The notes: generated from the letters alone by a model not told the origin. A stretch of 64,000 nt of DNA from Gemmatimonadota bacterium (GCA_003221895.1 QHUJ01000118.1:3925-67924); one strand, 5' to 3'. Positions 44,373 to 53,526 are shown, numbered from the stretch's first letter. Numbers and translations are program-made.

Positions 44373-45536
44373 TCACGGTCTGCGCGGAGCGGGTGGTGGA
44401 GTGGAATCGGGGACTACGAGAATCCTCAGCGTATCCGCCAACCCGCCGCTCGACGCGACGATGCGTCCACTACCCACTTGTTTCGCAGTGACGCGCGCGA
44501 CGCGGGCGCTGTCGACGACAAGTCCGAGCACGGTGGTATCGAGATTCTTCCACGCCACGACCGCCGTCGTATCCTGCTGGTGCTGCGCGTTGATGACGAA
44601 CGCCTCGAGCCTGTTGGTGCTGCCCACGAGCATCGAGCTCGCGCCATAGATGTAGACGGAGCCGCGGAACATCGAGAGCACGATGGAGTGCGGTGTATCA
44701 GCGCCCTGGTTTACGAAGACGCTCGAGTCGAGGCTGCTGGCGAGACTGCTGGGCGACGGCGGATCGACCCCGACGATGTAGTTGCCCGAGAGAAGATATG
44801 CGAGCTTGTAGTGCCCAGCCGCATCGGTTGAGCCGGTCGAGTAGACGTACCAGTTGCCCGGCCCGCCACCCCACGCGCTGACTGTGGCGTTGGCCAGGGG
44901 ACCTGGTGTTCCGGCGCTCGTGTCCTGACTCACGATGCCCGAGATCGATCCCGTCGCCGCCTCATTCACGGCGCGAATCCACGGGAAGAAGTCGAAGGCG
45001 CCGTCGCCCAGGTTGTTGTAGGGGAAACTCTTCCCCACGTCAAAGTCGAGCACGATGTCCGCGCCCTCACTCGGCACGTTCACCGCGGCCTCGACGAACG
45101 AGTGGATCGCCTGCCGACCTCCGCGCCACCGCACGACCGCCTGCGAGCCGTCCTTGAACCGAATCGCGGAGGAGTCGGCATCGATGATGACTCGAACCGC
45201 CTTGTACTGATCGGCGGGGATCTCTTTCTCGCCCAGCAGCGAGGTGGTCCCTCGCTGCAGGCTCAGCAGGTTGATCTGGCGATGGGGCTCTACGATGGGG
45301 ACCCACTGCATGCTGTCGGCAGAGCTGCCAGTGTCGGGCTCTGTCGAGGCGGAGATGCTGACTATATAGACGTCTACGCTCTGCACGGTGTCGAACGGAA
45401 ACGGTGCATCCGTGATGAGCACCCTCGTCGCCCGTCGGTTCGCGAAATTCGCGGCCGTGGAATCGTCCTGATAGCAGGCTCCTGCTACGAGGGTGGTTAC
45501 GACGGCAGCGAGTAGCGCAAAACTCGGTCTCGACAT
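44373..45536 (-). CDS. DUF4382-like lipoprotein with C-terminal Ig-like domains
   Basis: ATG 45536 gives MSRPSFALLAAVVTTLVAGAC (lipobox). VLITDAPFPFDTVQSVDVYIVSI and INLLSLQ.G are typical of DUF4382. Confidence 0.75.
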   Translation of the reverse strand: MSRPSFALLAAVVTTLVAGACYQDDSTAANFANRRATRVLITDAPFPFDTVQSVDVYIVSISASTEPDTGSSADSMQWVPIVEPHRQINLLSLQRGTTSLLGEKEIPADQYKAVRVIIDADSSAIRFKDGSQAVVRWRGGRQAIHSFVEAAVNVPSEGADIVLDFDVGKSFPYNNLGDGAFDFFPWIRAVNEAATGSISGIVSQDTSAGTPGPLANATVSAWGGGPGNWYVYSTGSTDAAGHYKLAYLLSGNYIVGVDPPSPSSLASSLDSSVFVNQGADTPHSIVLSMFRGSVYIYGASSMLVGSTNRLEAFVINAQHQQDTTAVVAWKNLDTTVLGLVVDSARVARVTAKQVGSGRIVASSGGLADTLRILVVPDSTPPPAPRRP

Positions 45537-45693
45537 CGTCAGAATCCTCCTTGGGGTGTTGCGCAGACGGCGCTCTCGCATTGAATACCCAATATGGAGC
45601 GGGCAACGTCACAACGCGGTTTACGGTCTTGATTGGTCGCCGGTGGTCGACGCCTTTCGTTCGACGTGGTTTTGTGACGTCTGTAGGGAGCGT

Positions 45694-46251
45694 ATGGGTA
45701 TAGAGATAGTGGAGGCAGGAGATGCAGAGCTGGTGCGCCGGATCCGGGCCGGCGACATCGGCGCGTATGCCGCGCTGGTCGCGCGCTATCGCGTTCGCCT
45801 GGGACGATATGCCCTCCACATGATCGGGGATCGTGAAGATGCGGAGGAAGCGCTGCAGGACGCATTCGTCCGAGCGTACCGCTCGCTCGCGCGCTGCGAC
45901 GACCCGGAGCGATTTGGCGCGTGGCTGTACGGCATCCTGGTCAACCGTTGCCGCACAACCGGCGCGCGAGTGGCGCGCCGCCGGCGCCTGTTCGTCCGCG
46001 ATGAGAACGCGATCAACGGCGCGACACACCCCGATCAGTCGGATCGGGTGGAATGGGCGGACGTCGTGGGCCGCGCGCTCGCCAGGCTGGCGCCCGAGTA
46101 TCGTGAGGCCTTTCTCCTCAAACACGTCGAGGATCTCGAATACGAGGAGATCGCGGACCTCACAGGCACCGGCGTGTCGGCGTTGAAAATGCGCGTCAAG
46201 CGCGCCCGCGAACAATTGCAGCGGTTCTTGAAAGAGGCGGAACATGTTTGA
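45694..46251 (+). CDS. ECF-type RNA polymerase sigma-70 family factor
   Basis: Region 2: YRVRLGRYALHMIGDREDAEEALQDAFVRAY. Region 4: EYEEIADLTGTGVSALKMRVKRAREQL. GGGAG SD before ATG 45694. Confidence 0.9.
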   Translation: MGIEIVEAGDAELVRRIRAGDIGAYAALVARYRVRLGRYALHMIGDREDAEEALQDAFVRAYRSLARCDDPERFGAWLYGILVNRCRTTGARVARRRRLFVRDENAINGATHPDQSDRVEWADVVGRALARLAPEYREAFLLKHVEDLEYEEIADLTGTGVSALKMRVKRAREQLQRFLKEAEHV

Positions 46252-46744
46252 GCGGCAGGACGAGGAAGACATCGTCGAGCGCGTCATTCGCGAGCTGCGC
46301 CGCCCCGCATCCATCGATCGGGCCCTCGACGCGCGCGTGATGAGCGAGATCGCGCGGCCCGAGACCGGGCTGGTCGCGCGCCGCCCGTTTGCCCGCGTCT
46401 GGCCGTGGCTTGCCGCGGCGGCGGTACTCACCGCGGTCGTGATTGCCCGGCCCTGGTCTCGTGGCACGCGGCCGGATGCGTTTCAATTCGTCCTGGTCGC
46501 GCCGCAAGCCGCGTCGGTCGCTCTGGTCGGGGACTTCAACGATTGGGATCCAACGCGCGCGCCGATGCACGCCGCGCGTGGCGGCCTGTGGGCGACGGTG
46601 ATTCCACTCCCTCCTGGACGGTATCGCTATGCGTTTCTCGTGAACGGTGTCGAATGGCGCGCCGACCCCGGAGCGCCGGCCGCGGGAGACGATGAGTTCG
46701 GCACGCCGAGCTCGGTCGTGACCGTCGCAGGACGCGGCTCATGA
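46244..46744 (+). CDS. Single-pass membrane protein with extracytoplasmic CBM48/AMPK-beta glycogen-binding-like (E-set) domain; positional anti-sigma factor
   Basis: Overlaps the sigma stop by 8 nt. TM WPWLAAAAVLTAVVIA. VALVGDFNDWDP....GLWATVIPLPPGRYRYAFLVNG. Confidence 0.75.
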   Translation: MFERQDEEDIVERVIRELRRPASIDRALDARVMSEIARPETGLVARRPFARVWPWLAAAAVLTAVVIARPWSRGTRPDAFQFVLVAPQAASVALVGDFNDWDPTRAPMHAARGGLWATVIPLPPGRYRYAFLVNGVEWRADPGAPAAGDDEFGTPSSVVTVAGRGS

Positions 46745-47340
46745 TCCTGACGGCGCTGTTGCTCGTCATCGCACAAAACCCCGCGCAGGATCCACGTTAT
46801 GAGCGCCTGGATCCCGACACGCGCGCGCGCGTGGTCGCGATCGTCGACTCCGCGCGGGTAGTAGGCCTGCCGAGCGACCCGCTGATTCATCGCGCGCTCG
46901 AGGGCGCGATGAAGAACGCCGCGGGCGAGCGCATCGTCGCCGCCGTGCGACGTCTGGCCGGTGACCTCGGCACTGCACGGGACGCGCTCGGCTCGAACGC
47001 CACGCCGGCGGAGCTCGAGGCCGGCGTCGCCGCGCTGCGCGCCGGCGCAACGCCTGCGACCCTCACCCGCTTGCGGGATCTGCGAAAGCCGCCCATCACG
47101 ATGGCGCTCGCGGTTCTCGCCGATCTCGTCGCGAGCGGTGTGCCGGCCGACAGCGCCGCCGCGGCTGTGCTCGTCCTCGCACCCACGGCTCGCGACGCCG
47201 ACCTCGTAGAGTTTCGCCGCGCTGTCGAGCGCGACATCGCCCTCGGCGCGCCTCCAGACGCCGCTACCTCGGTGCGGCTGGGCGCGACCTCTATGGGGTT
47301 GGATGCGACCGCGCGCAACGCCCGGCCCGGCAAACCCTAA
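46741..47340 (+). CDS. Hypothetical helical protein (199 aa), ATGA-coupled to the anti-sigma gene
   Basis: ORF with N-terminal hydrophobic segment MILTALLLVIAQ. No recognised motif. Confidence 0.6.
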   Translation: MILTALLLVIAQNPAQDPRYERLDPDTRARVVAIVDSARVVGLPSDPLIHRALEGAMKNAAGERIVAAVRRLAGDLGTARDALGSNATPAELEAGVAALRAGATPATLTRLRDLRKPPITMALAVLADLVASGVPADSAAAAVLVLAPTARDADLVEFRRAVERDIALGAPPDAATSVRLGATSMGLDATARNARPGKP

Positions 47341-48385
47341 CCTCGCAGGTTGCGCGCGTTGGGGAGCGGGCGCGTCGCTGCTGGCCGCGACAGCCCTGCT
47401 TGCCGCGCCGCGCGTGATCCTGGCGCAGGCACGGGCCACCATCGATCTGGGTGCGTCGCGCGTGCATTACGACGGCTTCGAGGTGAGTAACGCGGCGACC
47501 ATCACACCGACATTCGACTGGTATGGACACCGCGGAGCGGTGAACGCCCGCGGCACACTGCTGCGATTCGAAAGCGGCAACCGCAGTCTACAGGGCTCGG
47601 TCGTCGGATCGCTGTTCATACGCCCAGGCGGGGTCTGGATCGCCGCGACGGGAGGGCGAACTGCGTTCGGTTCGCCGAGCGACGCGCGGCCGGTCTTCGC
47701 GGCGTCGGTGTCGGCGCTACAACGGCCTAGCTCTTCCTTGTTGCTCCTTCTGACCGCCGGACGGGCCTTCGTCGGAGACACACAGTATAGCGACATCGGC
47801 ATGACAGCACGTGGACAGTACGGCAAAATCGTGCTCGAAACGATCCTCGGTACGCGCGTGTGGAGCCAGGGCGCCGGCCATGGCGTCTACGGAGAAGCGA
47901 GCGGTAGCCTACGCTTTTCCGATCGGTGGGCGTTCGTGCTGTCAGGGGGCCGCTATCCATCGGACCCGATCCGCGGGAGCATCGCGGGGCGTTACGTGTC
48001 CGCCGGGCTGCGGTTCCGCATCCCGCCGCCCATTCGTCCTGCCCCTCGTCTAGCGACACAACACACCGGAGCGAACGGCGGGGACGGGAGCGATCCTCCG
48101 CCGTGGACGACGCTCACCCTCGTCCCGGAATCGCCCGGCAACGTGCGCCTGGTGTTGCGTGCGCCTCCCGCCACGCTCGTAGAGATTGCGGGAGACTTCA
48201 CCGATTGGCAGCCGGTCTCAATGGCGCGGACGGCCGGTGGCAGTTGGGAAGTCGTCCTGCCGATGGCGAAGGGCGTCCATCAGATCAACCTGCGCATCGA
48301 CGGCGGCCCGTGGACGGTGCCGGGCGGTACGACTCGCCACGTCGGCGATTACGGTGACGAGGTGGGGACGTTCATCGTCCCCTAG
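47303..48385 (+). CDS. Secreted beta-rich protein with C-terminal CBM48/E-set domain
   Basis: Signal-like GASLLAATALLAAPRVILAQA. Alternating beta-strand pattern. C-terminal VEIAGDFTDWQPVSM....WEVVLPMAKGVHQINLRIDG. Confidence 0.7.
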   Translation: MRPRATPGPANPNLAGCARWGAGASLLAATALLAAPRVILAQARATIDLGASRVHYDGFEVSNAATITPTFDWYGHRGAVNARGTLLRFESGNRSLQGSVVGSLFIRPGGVWIAATGGRTAFGSPSDARPVFAASVSALQRPSSSLLLLLTAGRAFVGDTQYSDIGMTARGQYGKIVLETILGTRVWSQGAGHGVYGEASGSLRFSDRWAFVLSGGRYPSDPIRGSIAGRYVSAGLRFRIPPPIRPAPRLATQHTGANGGDGSDPPPWTTLTLVPESPGNVRLVLRAPPATLVEIAGDFTDWQPVSMARTAGGSWEVVLPMAKGVHQINLRIDGGPWTVPGGTTRHVGDYGDEVGTFIVP

Positions 48386-49590
48386 CGCTTCCCGCCCGCG
48401 AGTCGCAGCGCCTCGGGTCGATGCCGCAGTGCGAGCATGGCCCACACACCGACCGCCGGCCCGATCGAGAGCACACTCATGCTCCATCGCCACCCGATGG
48501 CGCCAGCGAGCGTCGGCAGCAGATAGATGGTCGCGGCAGTGAGCAGAAAGCCAAGACTCGTCTGGAGCGTGAGAGCCGTGCCGACGTATTCGCGCGGAGC
48601 GAGCTCGCTCACGGCCGCCGAGAACTGCGCGGAATCGGCCACGATGCTTATTCCCCACAGGAGCAGAATGGGCAACAGCGCGATCAACGGCGCGCCGTAG
48701 AACAGCCCGACGTTCAACGCGCAGATTCCCGAAACCAGCATCGAGACGCTCGTGACGAGTGTGCGACCGAACCGGTCCGCGTACTTGCCGCCGAGCCAGC
48801 ATCCGATGGCGCCACTCCCGACCACCGCAAACGTCGTCAGCGCGGCGAGCGCGGTGACGTCCGCATCTCCACCACGCCGCGCGTGCTCGCTCGCGGCGAT
48901 GAAGACGGCGATCCACGTCCACATTGCGTAGAGCTCCCACATGTGTCCGAGGTAGCCGAGGTTGGCGAGTGCGACCGCGCGGTCCTGGAGAATGCGCGGA
49001 GCGGCGGTGAGAGAAAACGGCGGCGATGGAGCGGCGTGCGGCCCGTCGCTCGGTACGAGCAAGACGAGCAGTCCACCGACGAGTGCGCTGAGCGCGGCGA
49101 CGACGAGAACGACGCGCCAAGCATCCTGCGACACCGCCCAGCGCACGAGATGTGGACTCGCAGACCCGAGCGTGAGTGCGCCGACGAGAATCCCGATCGC
49201 CCAGCCGCGCGACTCCTTGAACCACCCGGCTGCGATCTTCATGCCCGGCGGATACACGCCGGCCAGTGCGGCGCCGGTCAGCAAGCGGCAGGCGATTCCA
49301 ACCCCGAGAGCTCCCGCCGCGGCGACACCGAGTGTCGCGAGCGCGGCGACTGTTGCCGAGCCCGCGACGAGCCGCCGAGCCGAGAGTCTGTCGGCGAGAG
49401 TGAGGATCGCGCTCACAAGCGCGCCGGCGACGAACCCGAGCTGTACTGAGATCGTAAGCCACGCCGTGGCAGCGGGCGTCAGGTGCCACACGTGCGCGAG
49501 TGCCGGCGCGACCGCGGACGCGCTGAACCACGGGGCCATCGCCAGGAGCTCCGCGACAGCCAGCACGATCAACACACGACGCGGGCTCAC
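48382..49590 (-). CDS. MFS transporter
   Basis: 12-TM-like hydrophobic profile, 402 aa. The start overlaps the nif3 stop by 4 nt. Confidence 0.85.
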   Translation of the reverse strand: MSPRRVLIVLAVAELLAMAPWFSASAVAPALAHVWHLTPAATAWLTISVQLGFVAGALVSAILTLADRLSARRLVAGSATVAALATLGVAAAGALGVGIACRLLTGAALAGVYPPGMKIAAGWFKESRGWAIGILVGALTLGSASPHLVRWAVSQDAWRVVLVVAALSALVGGLLVLLVPSDGPHAAPSPPFSLTAAPRILQDRAVALANLGYLGHMWELYAMWTWIAVFIAASEHARRGGDADVTALAALTTFAVVGSGAIGCWLGGKYADRFGRTLVTSVSMLVSGICALNVGLFYGAPLIALLPILLLWGISIVADSAQFSAAVSELAPREYVGTALTLQTSLGFLLTAATIYLLPTLAGAIGWRWSMSVLSIGPAVGVWAMLALRHRPEALRLAGGKR

Positions 49591-50342
49591 AACCCCGTGG
49601 GATGATCCAGAAAGACCCAGGGCAGATCGAACTTCTTGGAGATGTGCTCGGCGAGTGCCTTTACGCCAACAGTCTCGGTCGCGTAGTGCCCCGCATAAAA
49701 GACGTTGAGATGCAACTCTTCCGCATCGAAGAAGGTCCAGTGCTGGCCTTCGCCGGTGATGTAGGTATCGAGACCGGCGGCGGCCGCCTGCGGAATCAGT
49801 CCGCCCCCTGCCCCGGTGACGATGCCGACGCGCTGGACAAGCTCGGGGCCAAACGGCAGGACGCGTGGGGCACTGCCGAGTGCCTTGGCCAACGCGCGAC
49901 CCAACTCGTCACGCGTGCCGGTTCGCTCGCCCCATACGCCGACGGGCGCGCCATGATACGAGCCGAACTCCGCACGGATCGTGACCCCGAGTTGTCGCGC
50001 CAGGACGGCATTGTTACCGACGTCCGGATGACGATCTAAAGGAAGGTGCGCAGAGTACAGCGCCATGTTTCCCCGGACGAGCCCGGCGACTCGCTCGTAG
50101 TTGGGGCCCACCAGCGGTCGCAGACCTCCCCAGAACAGCCCGTGGTGAACCAGGAGCAAGTCGGCCCGCTGCTCAGCCGCCAGTCGAATCGTCGCTGCGC
50201 AAAGATCCACCGCGGCCGCGACACGACTGACTTCACCGGAATTGGTGACTTGCAGTCCGTTCAGGGCTTCAGGCGGATCTGCTGCTTCTCCGGCGACACA
50301 CAGGTACTGATCGAGATAGGAGACGATGGTGTCGAGGCGCAT
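49587..50342 (-). CDS. Nif3-like dinuclear metal centre protein (GTP cyclohydrolase 1 type 2 family)
   Basis: NGLQV, DLLLVHHGLFW, AHLPLD, ITGEGQHW/YAGHYATE blocks. Confidence 0.9.
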   Translation of the reverse strand: MRLDTIVSYLDQYLCVAGEAADPPEALNGLQVTNSGEVSRVAAAVDLCAATIRLAAEQRADLLLVHHGLFWGGLRPLVGPNYERVAGLVRGNMALYSAHLPLDRHPDVGNNAVLARQLGVTIRAEFGSYHGAPVGVWGERTGTRDELGRALAKALGSAPRVLPFGPELVQRVGIVTGAGGGLIPQAAAAGLDTYITGEGQHWTFFDAEELHLNVFYAGHYATETVGVKALAEHISKKFDLPWVFLDHPTGL

Positions 50343-50432
50343 TTAAGACACCGTAGGGACAGTATCGTGGCAGCTGCGAGTCTTCCACATAGCACGAGAG
50401 CGTAACGTCTGTATTAACAATGAATTAGAGAA

Positions 50433-50461
50433 TCCACATGGGCGAAGCGCTGCCGTGTGGA
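50433..50461 (-). terminator. Candidate intrinsic terminator after the bactofilin gene
   Basis: Minus strand: TCCACACGG-cagcgcttcgc-CCATGTGGA (8 of 9 bp paired), followed by TTCTCTAATTCATTGTT. It starts 3 nt after the stop at 50465. Confidence 0.45.
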
Positions 50462-50464
50462 TAT

Positions 50465-50887
50465 CTAGGCTCGAGCTAGAGAGGCCTGTCCCGTCCTTGT
50501 GGCAACCTGGGGCGGCTGGCCGGCGTCTTCGCCCATCCGGAGCACGCCGTTCATCTCGCCGCCTTCCTGAATCAGCAACCGCTTGGTGTGCACGTCTCCG
50601 TGGACGACGCTGGTCGACTGCAGCTCCACGCGTTCCTCGGCGTAGATAGCGCCGCGGACTTCGCCGCCGATAATCGCCTCGCGACTGACGACGTCGCCTT
50701 CTACTTCCCCGCCCCGTGCGACGAGTACCTGTTTAGCAGCGCGCACGGTTCCGCTGACCGACCCTTCTATCTTTACGACGCCGTCGGCGGAGATATCGCC
50801 CACCACGCGCATTCCTGCGCCGATAATCGACAGCCCCTGCACGCCTTCCCGGCCGCCGGTAGCACTCTTTTCGCTGAACACCGCCAT
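50465..50887 (-). CDS. Bactofilin (polymer-forming cytoskeletal protein)
   Basis: Beta-helix repeat pattern IIGAGMRVVGDISADGVVKIEGSVSGTVRAAKQVLVARGGEVEGDVVSREAIIGGEVRGAIYAEERVELQSTSVVHGDVH; 140 aa. TGATG-coupled to the upstream M23 gene. Confidence 0.9.
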   Translation of the reverse strand: MAVFSEKSATGGREGVQGLSIIGAGMRVVGDISADGVVKIEGSVSGTVRAAKQVLVARGGEVEGDVVSREAIIGGEVRGAIYAEERVELQSTSVVHGDVHTKRLLIQEGGEMNGVLRMGEDAGQPPQVATRTGQASLARA

Positions 50888-51708
50888 CAGTGCGTCCCCC
50901 CCTCTTTCACGAGGTCGAGTGGATCGACCGATTTGCCGTCGTGACGAATCTCGAAATGCAGGTGCGGCGCCGTCGACCGCCCCGAGTTGCCGGACAAACC
51001 GATCACTTGTCCAGCCTGAACTTCGTCACCTTCAGCGGCGAGTAGCCGTGATGTATGACCATACATCGTCTCATACCCCGACGGATGCCGCAAGAGAACG
51101 AACAAGCCGTAGTCGGGATCGTAACCGGCTGCGGTGACGGTCCCGCCTCCGGATGCCCGAACGGGCGTCCCAATTGGCACCGCGATGTCGATTCCGGGGT
51201 GGGATTCATCGGGAACGCCGGGTCTCACCTGTCCCCGCGTGACGAACCCTCGTACATCGAGCGGCCAATGCGAGGGTGCAGATGGGCCCGTCTCATACTG
51301 CTTGGTACTCCCCGGCCTGGCCGCCTGGATCGGCACGGCGCGCATGGCGGTGCTGAAGTCGGCGTTGCTTGCGACGCTGCTGCCACCGCGCGTGGTCGTG
51401 GGGGGCGCTTTCACGCCCAGCATCTGGCGCAGCTCCTGGTAGTTCGCTTCGGCGCGATTCAGCGCCGACGCGAGCCGCTGTACGCGACTGTTCTCTGTGC
51501 GCAGCCGGGAGACCTCGCGTTCCAGTCCGGGGACGCGGGCGGCGTTTCGGGAGATCGGTCCCGCGAACGCAAAGAACCCCACGACCGACACGGCAACAGC
51601 CCCGGCGCCCCACTTCCCGGCTGCGAGACCCCACCGAGGAATGCGATACTGTTTGGATTCGAGATCGCCGTCAGCGTGGATGACGATCGTGACGCCGCGC
51701 GTGGTCAT
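50887..51708 (-). CDS. Bitopic membrane M23 (LytM-type) metallopeptidase with coiled-coil linker
   Basis: Short cytoplasmic N-terminus, TM WGAGAVAVSVVGFFAFAG, coiled coil LEREVSRLRTENSRVQRL, M23 motifs HPGIDIA and HLHFEI. Confidence 0.9.
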   Translation of the reverse strand: MTTRGVTIVIHADGDLESKQYRIPRWGLAAGKWGAGAVAVSVVGFFAFAGPISRNAARVPGLEREVSRLRTENSRVQRLASALNRAEANYQELRQMLGVKAPPTTTRGGSSVASNADFSTAMRAVPIQAARPGSTKQYETGPSAPSHWPLDVRGFVTRGQVRPGVPDESHPGIDIAVPIGTPVRASGGGTVTAAGYDPDYGLFVLLRHPSGYETMYGHTSRLLAAEGDEVQAGQVIGLSGNSGRSTAPHLHFEIRHDGKSVDPLDLVKEGGTH

Positions 51709-52589
51709 CCGTCGAACGGAGCGCCGAGGATCAGCTCCAGCAGGCGCGCGAGATCTTCGTTCGAGTAGAACGACAGATGAATCTGGCCTTTGCCCTTGGC
51801 TCGCAGGCTGACGCGCACATCGGTGCCCAGCCGCCGGCGCAGCGCGTCTTCCACCCGCCGAACCTCGGGCGCGGCGCCGACGCCCCGTTTCATCCGCGGC
51901 CGCCGTTCCGGCGCGCGACCGCCGCGCGCGCGGTCCTCGACTTCACGCACCGACAGTCCCTGTGCCACCGCCTCGCGCGCCAGGTTCGTGACGATCCGCG
52001 GATCCTCGAGCGCGAGCAGCGCGCGCGCGTGCCCCACCGACAAATGGCCTTCGTGCAGCATCTGAAGGACGACTTCGGGGAGCTTCAAAATCCGGAGTGC
52101 ATTGGCGACGGTCGAGCGATCGCGACCGACCGCGTCGGCCACGTCCTGTTGCGCCAGCTTGAACTCGGCGATCAATCGCTCGTAGCCGCGCGCTTCGTCG
52201 ACGGGCGACAGATCATCGCGCTGCAGGTTTTCGATCAGCGCGAGGGTTAGCAGCGTGCGGTCGTCGGCGTCGCGCTGCACCGCGGGGATGCGCTCCCAGC
52301 CGAGCTGCTGGCAGGCGCGCAGCCGGCGCTCGCCCGCGATCAGCTCATATCCGCCGTTCGCCCGGCGCACGACGACTGGTTGCAGGAGCCCGGCCTGTTT
52401 GATGGACGAGACCAGCTCCTCGAGTGCCGTCGGGTCGACCGTCTGGCGGGGCTGGAACGGGTTCGGCCGGATGTCCTTGATCGGCAGCTCGACCAAACTC
52501 CCTTCTCGTTCCGCCTCCTCTCGAGTCGGTCCGAGGAGCGCCTCGAGGCCACGGCCGAGGCGACGTCTTCCTGCGGCGGTTTCCGTCAT
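51705..52589 (-). CDS. parB: Chromosome partitioning protein ParB
   Basis: RLGRGLEALL, NPFQPR, GERRLRA, LIENLQRDDLSP, HTH QQDVADAVGRDRSTVANALR. Confidence 0.95.
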   Translation of the reverse strand: MTETAAGRRRLGRGLEALLGPTREEAEREGSLVELPIKDIRPNPFQPRQTVDPTALEELVSSIKQAGLLQPVVVRRANGGYELIAGERRLRACQQLGWERIPAVQRDADDRTLLTLALIENLQRDDLSPVDEARGYERLIAEFKLAQQDVADAVGRDRSTVANALRILKLPEVVLQMLHEGHLSVGHARALLALEDPRIVTNLAREAVAQGLSVREVEDRARGGRAPERRPRMKRGVGAAPEVRRVEDALRRRLGTDVRVSLRAKGKGQIHLSFYSNEDLARLLELILGAPFDG

Positions 52590-53419
52590 GCGGGCACCTC
52601 CGGGGGACGCAGCGATTCAATTGCGGGCAGGTTTGGCGAGGGTGGAGTGTCCTGCTCGACCCGGCGAATCAGCTCCTGGGCGACGGCCAGATAGCTCTTT
52701 GCCCCCACCGACTGCACGTCGTACAAGACGATCGGTTTACCGAAGCTCGGCGCCTCCGCGAGCCGCACGTTCCGCGGGACCGTCACGCTGAACATGCGGC
52801 CCCCGAAGTATTCCTTCGCCTCATCCGCAACCTGCCTGGAAAGGTTCAGGCGCGCGTCGTACATCGTCAGCAGGACGCCCTCGATCGCGAGCGCGGGATT
52901 GAAATTGCGCTGCACGAGCTTGATGGTGTTGAGGAGCTGCGAGAGCCCCTCGAGCGCGTAGTACTCGCACTGGATTGGGATGACCACGCTGTCGGCGGCC
53001 GTCAGCATGTTGAGCGTGATAAGCCCGAGTGAGGGCGGGCAGTCGATGATGACGTAGGCGTACTCGTCACGCAGATCCCGCAACGCGTCGCGCATACGCG
53101 TTTCGCGCGAACGCTGATTGACGAGCTCGAGCTCGGCCCCGACCAGGTCCTGTGTCGCCGGGACGACGTCGAGATAGGGGAAGTGGACGTGGGGGAAGCG
53201 TGCCTGCGACAGCGCGGCGCCCTCGATGATCGCGTCGTAGAGCGAATGACGAATGCGATCGCGCTCGATGCCGACGCCACTCGTCGAATTGCCCTGCGGG
53301 TCCGCGTCGATGAGCAGCGTTTTGCGCTCGGCGATCGCGAGAGATGCGGCGAGGTTCACCGCGGTGGTCGTTTTGCCGACACCGCCTTTTTGATTGGCAA
53401 CCGCAATTACACGAGACAT
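52586..53419 (-). CDS. parA: Chromosome partitioning ATPase ParA/Soj
   Basis: ATG 53419 gives MSRVIAVANQKGGVGKTTTAVNLA (deviant Walker A). IDCPPSLG. Confidence 0.95.
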   Translation of the reverse strand: MSRVIAVANQKGGVGKTTTAVNLAASLAIAERKTLLIDADPQGNSTSGVGIERDRIRHSLYDAIIEGAALSQARFPHVHFPYLDVVPATQDLVGAELELVNQRSRETRMRDALRDLRDEYAYVIIDCPPSLGLITLNMLTAADSVVIPIQCEYYALEGLSQLLNTIKLVQRNFNPALAIEGVLLTMYDARLNLSRQVADEAKEYFGGRMFSVTVPRNVRLAEAPSFGKPIVLYDVQSVGAKSYLAVAQELIRRVEQDTPPSPNLPAIESLRPPEVPA

Positions 53420-53484
53420 TCTATAAATTATTGTCTCAAAAGGAGTTATGTAACTACCGCATTGCTGTGCGTCCAATATACGTT

Positions 53485-53500
53485 CGTTTCACGTGAAACG
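53485..53500. other. parS centromere-like site 1 (cGTTTCACGTGAAACg)
   Basis: Perfect 14-bp palindromic core identical to the canonical chromosomal parS core GTTTCACGTGAAAC, upstream of parA. Confidence 0.85.
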
Positions 53501-53510
53501 AAAGAGCGTA

Positions 53511-53526
53511 CGTTTCACGTGAAACT
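53511..53526. other. parS centromere-like site 2 (cGTTTCACGTGAAACt)
   Basis: Second perfect 14-bp parS core, 26 bp centre-to-centre from site 1. Confidence 0.85.

Noticed and set aside
45067-46467. 466-aa minus-strand ORF spanning the ECF sigma region
   Set aside because: Overlaps the DUF4382 gene in another frame and is antisense to the sigma and anti-sigma genes, which have clear region 2/4 motifs. It shows no protein-like features.
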